A program made the position numbers and the translations under genes. Below the pieces are notes generated by a model, which saw only the letters and a program-made list of their open reading frames with translations, did no database searches and was not told where the DNA came from. From Capsulimonadaceae bacterium (lineage in GTDB: Bacteria; Armatimonadota; Armatimonadia; Armatimonadales; Capsulimonadaceae), in contig OZ244065.1 of assembly GCA_965215505.1 (NCBI GenBank), forward strand, positions 4,000,001-4,064,000: a stretch of DNA of 64,000 bases, written 5' to 3'. Shown here piece after piece: positions 27,633-37,010 of this stretch (the first letter of the stretch is position 1; the number at the start of each line of letters is the position of its first letter).

Positions 27633-29105
27633 ATGTCCCTGCCCGCCGCCCCCGCACTGACCGCGCCGGTCGCCTCAGGAGGCGTCCCCCTGCCCCGGCG
27701 TCTCCTGCTGGCCGCCGTCCTCGTGGTCTACGCCTGCGTGCAGTTCTTCACCATCACGGCCACCCCGCTCCGGCGAGTCACCCTGCCCGACAATCTGCCG
27801 CAGGGCCGGTCGCAGACCATCCTCGTCGGGCTTGGCCCGGACGAGGGCGAACACTTTTTGTACATCCTGTCGCTGGCTGAGGGCGGGGCGCTGCCGATGC
27901 CCGACCCGGCGCACCGGACTTCGCCCCGGCAGTACGTCACCTACCAGGCGCAGCACCCGCCGCTGTTCTACGCGCTGGCCGCTTTAGTCTACAAGGCCGT
28001 GTCCGGCCTGCCGCCCCCCGCCGTGTGGTATCTGCTGCGCGCACTGTGCGCGGTCTGCGGCGCGGTCGTCATCCTGCTGGCGGCGGAAGCGGCCCGCCTC
28101 TCCTTCCCGCAGCGCCCGTTCTTCGCGCTGGCCGCCGCTCCTTGCCTCGCCTTCCTCCCGATGTTCGTGTACATGAACGCGAACCTTTCCAATGAGCCAT
28201 TGGGCATGGTCTTCGGGGCGTCCGTCTGGCTCCAGCTCGTCCGCCTGGCGCGGGGACACGCCCCCTACACGGTCGCCTCCGGCACGCTCCTGGGAGTCAC
28301 GCTCGGCCTGGCCGCGCTGACGCGCCTCACGTCGCTCCTCTGGCTCCCCGCCCTGGCGCTCGTCCTGTGGCACTGCGCCCGGCGCGCGCCCGCGCCGGGC
28401 CGGGCCAGGCCCCTGCTGGCTGCCGCGGCCCCCGTGCTGGCTGCGGCGGCCTGCTTCCTGCTGCTGCTGGTTCCGTGGCTCGTCCACAACCAGGCGACGT
28501 TCGGCAGCGCGCTGATCCGCTCCTACCACCGGCCCCTGCTCGGGGGCGACACGTTCGCACAGTTCGTGTCCGGCCACTTCTTCGTCCCGTACCTGATGCT
28601 GACGGCGCTCTGGGACTCCTCGACCGCCTGGTGCCCCTTCTGGCTGGTGCAGTTCTGCCTGCCGGGGGGGCCGAACGCGGCCCCACTCTGGCAGGCGCCG
28701 TTCCTGCTCCTGAACCTCCTGCTCCTGCTGGCCCTGGCCCGGAACGGCTGGTCGGCGCGGCGCCGGGCGGCGTCCGGCGAGCCGTCCGACCCGGAGGGCC
28801 GCCTGCTGCTCTGGGCGGCCTTCTCGTCCGTCGCCTTCTGCGTCCTGGTCCTGTTCCAGCAGTGCGTCTTCGTTGACTGGCAGGTGATGAACTACGCCGG
28901 CCGCTATCTGGCGGCGGCGATGCCCGCCAGCGTCCTCCTGCTCCTGACCGCCTGTGCGGGCCTGATCCGCCCCTCCGTCCGGGCCGCGCGGGTCGCCGCC
29001 TTCCTGCTCGCCGCCGTCCTGCTGGGCTTCGACGCCTCCACGGTGGCCTGCGTCCGGCAGTTCTACCGGACGCACCACAGCCCGCCTGGAGTGCAGCGGC
29101 TATGA
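27633..29105 (+). CDS. GT-C (GT39/ArnT/PMT-like) membrane glycosyltransferase
   Basis: [23 protein letters not shown]; same family as 6059..7357. Confidence 0.75.
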   Translation: MSLPAAPALTAPVASGGVPLPRRLLLAAVLVVYACVQFFTITATPLRRVTLPDNLPQGRSQTILVGLGPDEGEHFLYILSLAEGGALPMPDPAHRTSPRQYVTYQAQHPPLFYALAALVYKAVSGLPPPAVWYLLRALCAVCGAVVILLAAEAARLSFPQRPFFALAAAPCLAFLPMFVYMNANLSNEPLGMVFGASVWLQLVRLARGHAPYTVASGTLLGVTLGLAALTRLTSLLWLPALALVLWHCARRAPAPGRARPLLAAAAPVLAAAACFLLLLVPWLVHNQATFGSALIRSYHRPLLGGDTFAQFVSGHFFVPYLMLTALWDSSTAWCPFWLVQFCLPGGPNAAPLWQAPFLLLNLLLLLALARNGWSARRRAASGEPSDPEGRLLLWAAFSSVAFCVLVLFQQCVFVDWQVMNYAGRYLAAAMPASVLLLLTACAGLIRPSVRAARVAAFLLAAVLLGFDASTVACVRQFYRTHHSPPGVQRL

Positions 29106-29121
29106 CGCCGAGGCGAAAGCC

Positions 29122-29862
29122 ATGATTAACGGCCGCCGCGTCGTCGTCGTGCTGCCCGCTTATAACGCCGCCAAGACGCTGGAACGGACCCTGCGGGACG
29201 TGCCGCCGGGCGTCGTGGACGAGTTCCTGCTGGTGGACGACGCCTCCTCGGATGACACCGTGGCTGAGGCGCGTCGCCTCCAAATCCCCTGCCTGATCCA
29301 CCCCCGGAACCGGGGCTACGGCGGCAACCAGAAGAGCTGCTACGCCGAGGCCCTGCGCCTGGGCGCGGACATCGTGATCATGCTCCACCCGGACTACCAG
29401 TACAGCCCGAAGCTGATCGGGGCGATGGCCTGGCTGGTGGCCTCGGACGAATTCGACCTGGTGCTGGGGTCGCGCATCCTGGGGACGGGCGCGCTGAAGG
29501 GGGGGATGCCGTACTACAAGTACGTCGCCAACCGCGCCCTCACGGCGGTCGAGAACGTGCTGCTCGGCATCAAGCTGTCCGAGTACCACACCGGCTACCG
29601 GGCCTTCTCGCGCCGGGTCCTGGAGACGCTGCCCTACGAGCGCAACTCGGACGACTTCGTCTTTGATAACGAGATGCTGGTGCAGGCCGTCGCCTTCGGG
29701 TTCCGCATCGGCGAGATCTCCTGCCCCACCCGCTACTTCCCCGAAGCCTCCTCCATCGGGCTGCGCCGCTCCATCACCTACGGCCTGGGCGTGCTGGGGA
29801 CGGCGGCGAAGTACCGCCTGCACAAGTGGCGCTGGCGGCGCGACCGGCTGTTTGAGGAGTGA
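29122..29862 (+). CDS. GT2 polyprenol-phosphate glycosyltransferase (DPM1-like)
   Basis: VLPAYN, VDDASSD, NRGYG, LVLGSR, TGYRAF. Confidence 0.9.
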   Translation: MINGRRVVVVLPAYNAAKTLERTLRDVPPGVVDEFLLVDDASSDDTVAEARRLQIPCLIHPRNRGYGGNQKSCYAEALRLGADIVIMLHPDYQYSPKLIGAMAWLVASDEFDLVLGSRILGTGALKGGMPYYKYVANRALTAVENVLLGIKLSEYHTGYRAFSRRVLETLPYERNSDDFVFDNEMLVQAVAFGFRIGEISCPTRYFPEASSIGLRRSITYGLGVLGTAAKYRLHKWRWRRDRLFEE

Positions 29863-29867
29863 GGGGC

Positions 29868-30362
29868 CTAACCGGGCGCTTCCATGACGGACACTGGAGG
29901 CAGGCCGGGGATGTCCGACCCGCACAATCCGGCCAGCCGCGCCGCTAGCTCCTCCCGCGTCCGCGTCTCGGCGAGGGCCGCGTCAATGTCCGCCAGCGCG
30001 ACCATCGGGTGGCTGTCGTGGTCGCAAAGAAATATGCGATCGATCTCTGCCCATAATACGCCGCCACCGCCGTCAATGACACGCGGGCGAAATTTGCGTA
30101 ACTCGGGGCCGTGTTCGTACCCACCGTCCGACGCGCGATCAAAAGGAACGGCCTGCTCCGTCAGATAGGTTTCCAACTCCGCGAACATCCCGTCAGAGGC
30201 TTGGTCGTCTTCCAGCACGAGGTAAGTGGATGCCCCGGGTGATGCGGCCCCGCCCCCCTCCGAGAAAGGCGGAGCGACAGCGAACTTCTCCACCAAGTTC
30301 ACCAAAACCGGGCGGCTAATCGCGCCTCCGATCTCGATCTTCGCCCATATGTACTCTGACAC
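29868..30362 (-). CDS. hypothetical protein
   Basis: natural-looking acidic ORF from GTG 30362; the upstream in-frame part is repeat DNA. Confidence 0.55.
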   Translation of the reverse strand: MSEYIWAKIEIGGAISRPVLVNLVEKFAVAPPFSEGGGAASPGASTYLVLEDDQASDGMFAELETYLTEQAVPFDRASDGGYEHGPELRKFRPRVIDGGGGVLWAEIDRIFLCDHDSHPMVALADIDAALAETRTREELAARLAGLCGSDIPGLPPVSVMEAPG

Positions 30363-30383
30363 GTCTTTATCCTGCACCCGCCC

Positions 30384-30510
30384 GCCACGGGGCTGAACCC
30401 CCGTGCTTCGACCAAGCAACTCCCCGCCTGCGCGGGCATCGGATATCCGGAACTCTTCGCCCTTACCCTCGGGGGCTTGCACTTCTACAGCACGGGGGTT
30501 CAGCCCCGTG
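30384..30510. repeat. REPIN/MITE, TGAA-loop family (copy 1)
   Basis: CACGGGGCTGAACCCCCGTG / CACGGGGGTTCAGCCCCGTG ends; interior shared with 42172-42314. Confidence 0.85.
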
Positions 30511-32139
30511 CTATCCTTGCGCGCTTGCCACTTCCCCGCACAGCGACACGTCCAGCCCCAGCGCGGACATGGCGGCGGCTTTGACGTACAGGGCGTGGCG
30601 GGCGGCGGCCTCGTCGGGGGCGTAGGCGACCTGGATGTGGTTTGCCTTGTGGCGGGCCATCATCTGGTCGCGCGTGATACCCTTCAACACGGCGTGCATG
30701 ACCGGCCACTGCGGCGTGGTCAGCTCCCACCGCTCCTGGGTTTCGGCCTCGGGCAGCGCGACGGCTTCAGCGAGGCCCGTGTCGAACTTCAAGACGCCGC
30801 CCTCGACGAAGACGCGGCTCCAGACGACCCAGCCGGGCTTGCTGACGCCCTTGATCGTGCTGCCGCCCTGGGCGAAGTACATGGGGGGCTGGCGCTCGCC
30901 GGTCGCGCCCCGGTAGCCGCCCGCGAAGTGGGCGGGCGGGACGGCCCCCGAGATCTCGAAGAGCCAGACGTACTCGTCCAGGGCCGCGCCGCCCGCGTCG
31001 TCGCCCGTATACTGCCGGCCCCAGCGCAGGTCGTGCAGGGTGGTCTCGGGGGCGAGGCCGAGCTGCTTCCACAGGCGGTTCGTGACCAGGGCGTCCAGCC
31101 CGGCGCACTCGTCCACCTCGTTAAAGTGCGGTAGGGCACTCCCGGCGTACAGCTCTTTGCCGGTCGTTTCGTGCCCGACGGGGGGCCGCTCGACGTTGTT
31201 CAGCAGGCCTTCCACCAGGTCCGAGGCGGGCGCGAGGTCTTTCAGCCCTTGCTGGTACTGGATGCCGATGGCCGCACACCCGAACTCGTCGGCGATGCGG
31301 ACGGCGGCGATGTACATCTTGCACTGCCCAAGCACCTGCGCTTCGGTCAGGTCGGTGTCATGGTCGGGGCCGAGCTGGAACGTCATGCCCTTGGCAAGTA
31401 TCCACTCATAGACCACCCGCGCCTCGTCGTCCGAGACGGTCTGCATCTTGGCGTACAAGCCGGACTGGCTCAGGCGCTCTTTGAAGACGCCCGTTCTATG
31501 GAGCAGGTCGTCGGGGATGATGGCGTTGAACATGCCCATGCAGCCCTCGTCGAAGATGCCGATGATCGCCTTGTCGCGCCGCAAAGCCTGGGCGAACTGC
31601 GTCCCCATCTTGACCGCCTCGGCGGGGGCGGCTTCCTCGTCGTAGGCGTGGACGTGGCCGGTGTTGTGCCGCACCCTCCCGTCCCGCAGCCAGCAGCGCA
31701 GGCCGCGCGTAAAGAACCCGTCTTCAAAGTCCTCGCTCCAGAGCGTGCTGTAGGGGACGCCCGCCTTGGTGAGCGAGCCGTTGAGGTTCAGCAGCCCGAC
31801 CAGCCCCGGCCACGTCCCGCTCCAGTTGGCGAGCGTCAGGATCGGCCCCTTGTGCGTGGTCAGGCCGGGCAGGACGTGGTGGGAATACTGCCAGACGGCC
31901 TCGGCGACGACGAGCGGGGCGTCGGGGTCTATCTTGCGGAAGACCTCCATGCCATGTTTCTGGCTGTCAATGAACCCGTGCTTCTTGACCGGGTCATAGG
32001 GGTGGCCGCGCTTGACGGAGGCCCCTTCTCTCTGGAAGGCGGCGACGACCTGCTTCTCCATCGCCGCCTGCGCCTCCTGGCACATCTGGTTCGCGGACAG
32101 GCGCAGGTCGCCGCTGGCAATGAGCGTGATTTCTTTCAT
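30511..32139 (-). CDS. L-fucose/L-arabinose isomerase-like protein
   Basis: [38 protein letters not shown]. Confidence 0.75.
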   Translation of the reverse strand: MKEITLIASGDLRLSANQMCQEAQAAMEKQVVAAFQREGASVKRGHPYDPVKKHGFIDSQKHGMEVFRKIDPDAPLVVAEAVWQYSHHVLPGLTTHKGPILTLANWSGTWPGLVGLLNLNGSLTKAGVPYSTLWSEDFEDGFFTRGLRCWLRDGRVRHNTGHVHAYDEEAAPAEAVKMGTQFAQALRRDKAIIGIFDEGCMGMFNAIIPDDLLHRTGVFKERLSQSGLYAKMQTVSDDEARVVYEWILAKGMTFQLGPDHDTDLTEAQVLGQCKMYIAAVRIADEFGCAAIGIQYQQGLKDLAPASDLVEGLLNNVERPPVGHETTGKELYAGSALPHFNEVDECAGLDALVTNRLWKQLGLAPETTLHDLRWGRQYTGDDAGGAALDEYVWLFEISGAVPPAHFAGGYRGATGERQPPMYFAQGGSTIKGVSKPGWVVWSRVFVEGGVLKFDTGLAEAVALPEAETQERWELTTPQWPVMHAVLKGITRDQMMARHKANHIQVAYAPDEAAARHALYVKAAAMSALGLDVSLCGEVASAQG

Positions 32140-32232
32140 CGGGGAATTCCTTTGCCGGCATGAATGCTTGGCAAAGTATAAGGCACGGGCGGGGGAATGT
32201 CAAGAACCCACCCCGCGACAAGCCGGGCGGGT

Positions 32233-33396
32233 TCATCGCGGCGTCAGCAGGAACGCCCGACGCTTCCCGTCGTGCAGGCCCTCGCCGACGATCTGCCCCC
32301 GGTCGTTGATCCCCTGCGCCGACTCAAGCACCCAGCTGGAGCGGGCGGGGATGAGCGCATTCAGGTCCGTCAAGCGGCCTGCGCGGTAGACCCAGGCGCG
32401 CTGCGTCTCGTTCTGCCGGAACAGCGAGATCAGCGGCCTCAAGCGGATCGGGTGGTCGTTGACGAAGCGCGACAGCGGCCCCGGCCCGGACCAGGCCGTC
32501 CCGACCGCCTCGCCGCGGTCGTTGATGGCTGTGCCGTCGCCGCTCTCCATGCCGGGGAGCGTTCCCAGGACCGTGACCCGGCTGCCGACCCAGAGCGCGG
32601 CCCGTGCATACCGGTCGGACAGCATGGCGGTGCCGATGATCTGGCCCCGGCGGTTGACTCCGAGCGCGAGGGTGTCCAGGGAGCCAGGCGGCGCTGCCAG
32701 GGCCGTCGTTCTTCGTGTCCGGCTGTCATAGAGGAAGGCCTGCATGCCCGCCCCGATCTGCCGCTCATCGTAGCCGACGACCTGCCCCGCCGCGTTGATG
32801 CCAGTGGGGAGGGCACCCAGGAACCCCGGCAGAACGCCGATGTCCACCATTTTGCCGCCGCCGGTGAGGAAGGCGTGATATGTGTTCGGCCCTCTGGTCC
32901 CCCATGCTTCAAAGACGACCTGACCCTGGGTGTTGATACCCTGCCCCATGCTCATGGAGTAGCCCGGCGGCGTGCCTAGGTCGCGCATCCTGCCCGCGCC
33001 GTAGAGGAACGCATGGAACTGCCGCCCGGATGCGCGGACGTTCCTGGGCGTGGCCACCCACAGGCTGCCCGTCACCTGGCCGCCGTCGCTGATTGCCGGC
33101 CCATCGTGGCTGGTGATCAGCCCGGCCGGCCCCAGGTCCGTCATCACGCCGCCGTGCCACAGGAAGATGTGCCGCGCGCCCAGCCTCTGCCCCCCGCTGA
33201 GGCCGACGATGTCGCCCCGGTTGTTAATCGCGGACGCCCCGCTGACGGCCGCGCCGGGCAGGACGCCGAGGTCGGTAACGGTGTAGCGCGGCGGGCCAGG
33301 CCGGTACAGCCAGACGACGAGGACAAGGGCGAGTGCGGCGAGGAGGCCGAGGGACATGGCGGTGAAGCGGCGCTTGTGGGGCGACATGGGCGGCAT
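32233..33396 (-). CDS. membrane-anchored HAF-repeat extracellular protein
   Basis: repeated DLG.LPG...A.AIN.RGQ.VG...HAF units. Confidence 0.87.
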   Translation of the reverse strand: MPPMSPHKRRFTAMSLGLLAALALVLVVWLYRPGPPRYTVTDLGVLPGAAVSGASAINNRGDIVGLSGGQRLGARHIFLWHGGVMTDLGPAGLITSHDGPAISDGGQVTGSLWVATPRNVRASGRQFHAFLYGAGRMRDLGTPPGYSMSMGQGINTQGQVVFEAWGTRGPNTYHAFLTGGGKMVDIGVLPGFLGALPTGINAAGQVVGYDERQIGAGMQAFLYDSRTRRTTALAAPPGSLDTLALGVNRRGQIIGTAMLSDRYARAALWVGSRVTVLGTLPGMESGDGTAINDRGEAVGTAWSGPGPLSRFVNDHPIRLRPLISLFRQNETQRAWVYRAGRLTDLNALIPARSSWVLESAQGINDRGQIVGEGLHDGKRRAFLLTPR

Positions 33397-33411
33397 CCTA
33401 TTCCGGGGGAA

Positions 33412-33441
33412 CCGGCATTGGAAATGCCGGCCTACTCTTGA
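33412..33441. repeat. short REP-like palindrome CCGGCATTGGAAATGCCGGCCTACTCTTGA
   Basis: near-identical copy at 51615-51644; CCTAC is the reverse of a GTAG(G) end. Confidence 0.7.
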
Positions 33442-33496
33442 GTGAAAACCCCTCTGGGGTTGAGGAACGCCCTACTCGCGCCCTCTTCCTGCTCGC

Positions 33497-34636
33497 TTAC
33501 TTTGGCGTCAGCACAAATCCCCGTTCTTGCCCGTGGTGCAGGCCGTTGCCCACGATCTGGCCCCGGTCGTTGATGCCCCGCGCGCTTTCCAGTATCCAGT
33601 CCTCATCCTTCGGGATCAGGCCGTTCAAATCCTGCATCCTGCCGCCTCGGTACACGAAGGCGTGTTCGGAAGAGCGGTCCAGATACCGCCGCCACGGGTT
33701 GTCGCCGCCCGCGTGCATCGACAAAAACCCCTTGATGGAATTGGCATCAATGAAGCAGTTGCCCACCGCCTCGCCCCGGCTGTTCAGGTCCTCGCCGATG
33801 CTGATGGGGTAGCCCGGCGGTGCCCCCAGGTCGGTCATCCGGTTCCCACGCCAGATGGTGGCATGACAGTAGCCGCCGGGCAGCGAGGCATCGCCGATGA
33901 CCTCCCCGGCGTCGTTGATACGGCGCACGAAGCCCCGCAGGTAGGGTGGCAGCACGGGCAGAATCCTCATTGTACCCGCTCGGCTGTCGTAGACGAACGG
34001 GCCAATCGGGCCGACATGGCGCGTGTTCCAGTGGCATTCGCCGACGATCTGCCCGGCGTTGTTGATGCCCAGCGCGTGCATCTCGGAGCAGCCGGCGGGC
34101 AGCCTGATCTGCGTCATCCGGCCCGCGCTGTAGAGGAAGACGCGGCCCTGGGGCGGCCCCGGCTGCATGGGGCCGCTCGTGGCGTTGATGGCGACCTCGC
34201 CCCGGCCGTTGATGCCCACGCCGGCACTGTCGTGGAAGCCGGGCAGGGTGCCGAGGTCCCGCATCCTGCCGCCGCTGTAAAGGAAGGCGCGCTTCCCCCC
34301 ATTTGGCAGGAAAACGACCCCCGTGACGTCCCCCACCGAGTTCATGCCGCCCGCCCCGCTGTAGCTGCCGCCTGGAAGGACGCCGAGGTCTGTCAGCCGG
34401 CCGTCCCGGAAGATCACTGCCCGCGTACTCGTCCCGCTCACGGACCCCGCCACCTCGCCCCGGCTGTTGACGGCATCCGCGCCGCTTTCCTTATAGCCCG
34501 GCAGGACCCCAAGGTCGGTGACGGTGTAGCGCGGGGCGGGGCGCGGCGAGAGCAGGCCGGACAGGAAGAGCGTCAGGACCACGGCGAGGCCGAGGGCCGC
34601 CGCTTGGAGGGGGCGGCGGTATCTGAGTGGGGGCAT
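33497..34636 (-). CDS. membrane-anchored HAF-repeat extracellular protein (tandem paralogue)
   Basis: same repeats; shares RYTVTDLGVLPG and GINDRGQIVG..LTP termini with the neighbour. Confidence 0.87.
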   Translation of the reverse strand: MPPLRYRRPLQAAALGLAVVLTLFLSGLLSPRPAPRYTVTDLGVLPGYKESGADAVNSRGEVAGSVSGTSTRAVIFRDGRLTDLGVLPGGSYSGAGGMNSVGDVTGVVFLPNGGKRAFLYSGGRMRDLGTLPGFHDSAGVGINGRGEVAINATSGPMQPGPPQGRVFLYSAGRMTQIRLPAGCSEMHALGINNAGQIVGECHWNTRHVGPIGPFVYDSRAGTMRILPVLPPYLRGFVRRINDAGEVIGDASLPGGYCHATIWRGNRMTDLGAPPGYPISIGEDLNSRGEAVGNCFIDANSIKGFLSMHAGGDNPWRRYLDRSSEHAFVYRGGRMQDLNGLIPKDEDWILESARGINDRGQIVGNGLHHGQERGFVLTPK

Positions 34637-34716
34637 GAAAAAGCTCCTTCCGTTTGGCCTCATAAGGGCCTAAACGCAAGGAGCGGCGGAAACGGTTCGC
34701 TCTATAGTCGGGGAGT

Positions 34717-35757
34717 TTAGTAGGTGAACGTCGCCAGGCCGACCGAGACACCCGCGCTGCCGACGACGATGAGCGTCTTGTCGCCCCGGTTCAGGCGGCC
34801 CTCCTGGGCGGCGAGGCTCATGCCCAGCGGGACCGAGGCCGAGACGCAGTTGCCGTAGCGGGGGTGGACGCTGTAGTAAACGCCCTTGGGGATGTCCAGG
34901 TGCTTGACCAGGACCTCGGAGGCCTTCTGGCTGGCCTCGTGGCCGAAGGCGATGTCGTAGTCGCGGTTCTTGAAGTGGCAGTCGGCGTTGTAGACCTCGA
35001 CGATCTTCTTGACCGTCGTGACCACAAGCTCGCGCGAGAGGGAGAAGAACTGCATGGCCGCGTAGCGCGGGTCGGGGGCGGAGGGCAGGAAGTCACCGAG
35101 GTTTTCCAGCGGGATCATGCACAGCTTGTAGTGTTCGCCGAAGTTCTTGAAGTTGAAGTAGAAGTCGTCGTCCGGATTCTCGTCCGTCACGATGGTCGCC
35201 GTCGCCGCCTCGCCGATGGTGAACTGGGCGACCCGGTGCTTGAGGTCGTTGGCGTCTTTGATCTCCGAACACCAGAAGGAGCGGACCAGGCTGCTCTCGC
35301 AGTTGACGATCATGCCGCACTTGTAGGTCCCCCCCTGGATCAAGGAGCGCGCCACCTGCATGGCCCGCAGCCAGGAGGCGCAGGCGTCCAGGATGTCGAA
35401 ACAGGTGGCATTCGGCATGTTCAGCTCGGACTGGACGACGTTCGCCATCGCCGGCTCCACCCACCCGCGCCCGACGCCGGTGTAAATGAGGAAGTCCACG
35501 TCTTTGGCCGTGATGCCCGCCTGGGCGATGGCCGAGCGGCCCGCCGCCAGCACGAAGTCAATGGCCTTCTCGCCCGTGTTCAGCTTGTAGCGGACCTGTG
35601 TCCCCGCCGTGAACAGCGTTTCGCGGACCTGTTTCTCCAGCCTGTCGATCTCCGCCTTGGGGAGACGTCCCTCGCTTTCCCGCCGAAAAGTCTCCAGGAT
35701 GTCGTCATTGGTGACTTTTTTGGTGGGAACGGCGTGCTGAATCGTGCGGATGTGCAT
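34717..35757 (-). CDS. KAS III / OleA-like condensing enzyme
   Basis: GRGWVEPAMA, DACASW (Cys), GHEAS (His), YGNCVSAS (Asn). Confidence 0.82.
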   Translation of the reverse strand: MHIRTIQHAVPTKKVTNDDILETFRRESEGRLPKAEIDRLEKQVRETLFTAGTQVRYKLNTGEKAIDFVLAAGRSAIAQAGITAKDVDFLIYTGVGRGWVEPAMANVVQSELNMPNATCFDILDACASWLRAMQVARSLIQGGTYKCGMIVNCESSLVRSFWCSEIKDANDLKHRVAQFTIGEAATATIVTDENPDDDFYFNFKNFGEHYKLCMIPLENLGDFLPSAPDPRYAAMQFFSLSRELVVTTVKKIVEVYNADCHFKNRDYDIAFGHEASQKASEVLVKHLDIPKGVYYSVHPRYGNCVSASVPLGMSLAAQEGRLNRGDKTLIVVGSAGVSVGLATFTY

Positions 35758-35894
35758 GCGGAAGGCTTTCTTTGCGGCTTGTTAAGTCTTGGGGAATCTT
35801 AGGTGGGCCTGGTGTATACCTTAGCATACCACAGGACGGGAAGAAAATGTGCCCGAGGCCGGCGCGGGCGGCCGGGAATTTTCGCGAGGCGTTT

Positions 35895-36095
35895 TCAGCG
35901 GCGGGCCTTCCGCGCCACGAAAACGAGCGTCAGAACCGCCAGTCCCAGGAAGAGGGCGGGGCCGGCGAGGGCGGCGTGGGCGCGGACGCCGGGCAGGGCG
36001 AACAGGGCGACCCAGGCCAAAGCCAGCCCGGCGAAGGCCCAGTCGTCCACGAACAGGCCGACGATCTCGGCCAGGGCGCCTCGGAGGAAGTTCAT
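35895..36095 (-). CDS. small membrane protein
   Basis: MNFLRGALAEIVGLFVDD plus two TM helices; 4-bp overlap with the upstream gene. Confidence 0.65.
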   Translation of the reverse strand: MNFLRGALAEIVGLFVDDWAFAGLALAWVALFALPGVRAHAALAGPALFLGLAVLTLVFVARKARR

Positions 36096-36847
36096 GCCGT
36101 TAGCCCCCCTTCCGCCTTTTTCTGCCTCATGCCCCGCGCCAGCGCGACGCCGAGGCCGGCGACCAGGAGCCAGCCCGCCGAAAGGACGAGCGGAGTCCAG
36201 GCGTCCCCGAAGGTCCACTCGATCTGCAAACCCTCACCGACCAGCAATGTCCCGAAGGCGGAAACCAGGGTGCCGACGACCAGCTTGAGCGCGTTCTCCG
36301 GGATCTGCGATAGTGGACGCCGCGCGGCCAGGCCCAGGAGGATGACCAGGACAGCCGCCGCCGCCGCGCCCGCCGAGGCCGCCGCCAGGTGGTGGGAGGC
36401 CGCGCCCATGGAGATGACCAGGAAAATGACTTCGATGCCCTCGATGAAGACGCCGTTAAAGGAGGTCAGCGCCGCGCCGGTGTCGAAGCCCGCCCCCGCG
36501 CTGCTCCCGCGCAGGGCGGTCTCCGTCTCGGCATACTCCTTCTCCTCGTTGTGCAGCGCGATGACGCCCGCCGCCCGCAGGATGGCCTTCCGCAGCCAGC
36601 GCAGGCCGAACAGCAGCAGCAGTAGGCCGACGATGAGCTGGAACAGGTGCGCGTCCAGGCTCGCCAGGCGCGGCCCGAAGGCCAGCACCAGCACGGCCAG
36701 CAGGCCCGCCGCCCCCGCCGCCCCGACGAGGGCGGGCCGCCACCCCCGCACCGCCCCGACGGCCAGCACGATGGTCAGCGCCTCGACGAATTCTACGAGC
36801 GAGGCCAGGAAGGCCGCGATGATGGTGGGCCACGGGATTGTCAGCAT
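36092..36847 (-). CDS. COG4280-type membrane protein (putative cation transporter)
   Basis: FLASLVEFVEALTIVLAVG, RWLRKAILR, EGIEV, PENALK. Confidence 0.8.
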   Translation of the reverse strand: MLTIPWPTIIAAFLASLVEFVEALTIVLAVGAVRGWRPALVGAAGAAGLLAVLVLAFGPRLASLDAHLFQLIVGLLLLLFGLRWLRKAILRAAGVIALHNEEKEYAETETALRGSSAGAGFDTGAALTSFNGVFIEGIEVIFLVISMGAASHHLAAASAGAAAAAVLVILLGLAARRPLSQIPENALKLVVGTLVSAFGTLLVGEGLQIEWTFGDAWTPLVLSAGWLLVAGLGVALARGMRQKKAEGGLTA

Positions 36848-37010
36848 GGGAGTATTGTACCCGAGCATCAACGGGAAGAACGCCGAGGGGTGATGATGCA
36901 GTGACAGTGAGGGATGGAAACCTTCTGCCGGCAAAGGGGGACCTTTGCCGACAGGCAGGGAATGAAAAAGCGATGTTGGCCTTCGGATCGGCTCAAGTCG
37001 GCGGCATTTT

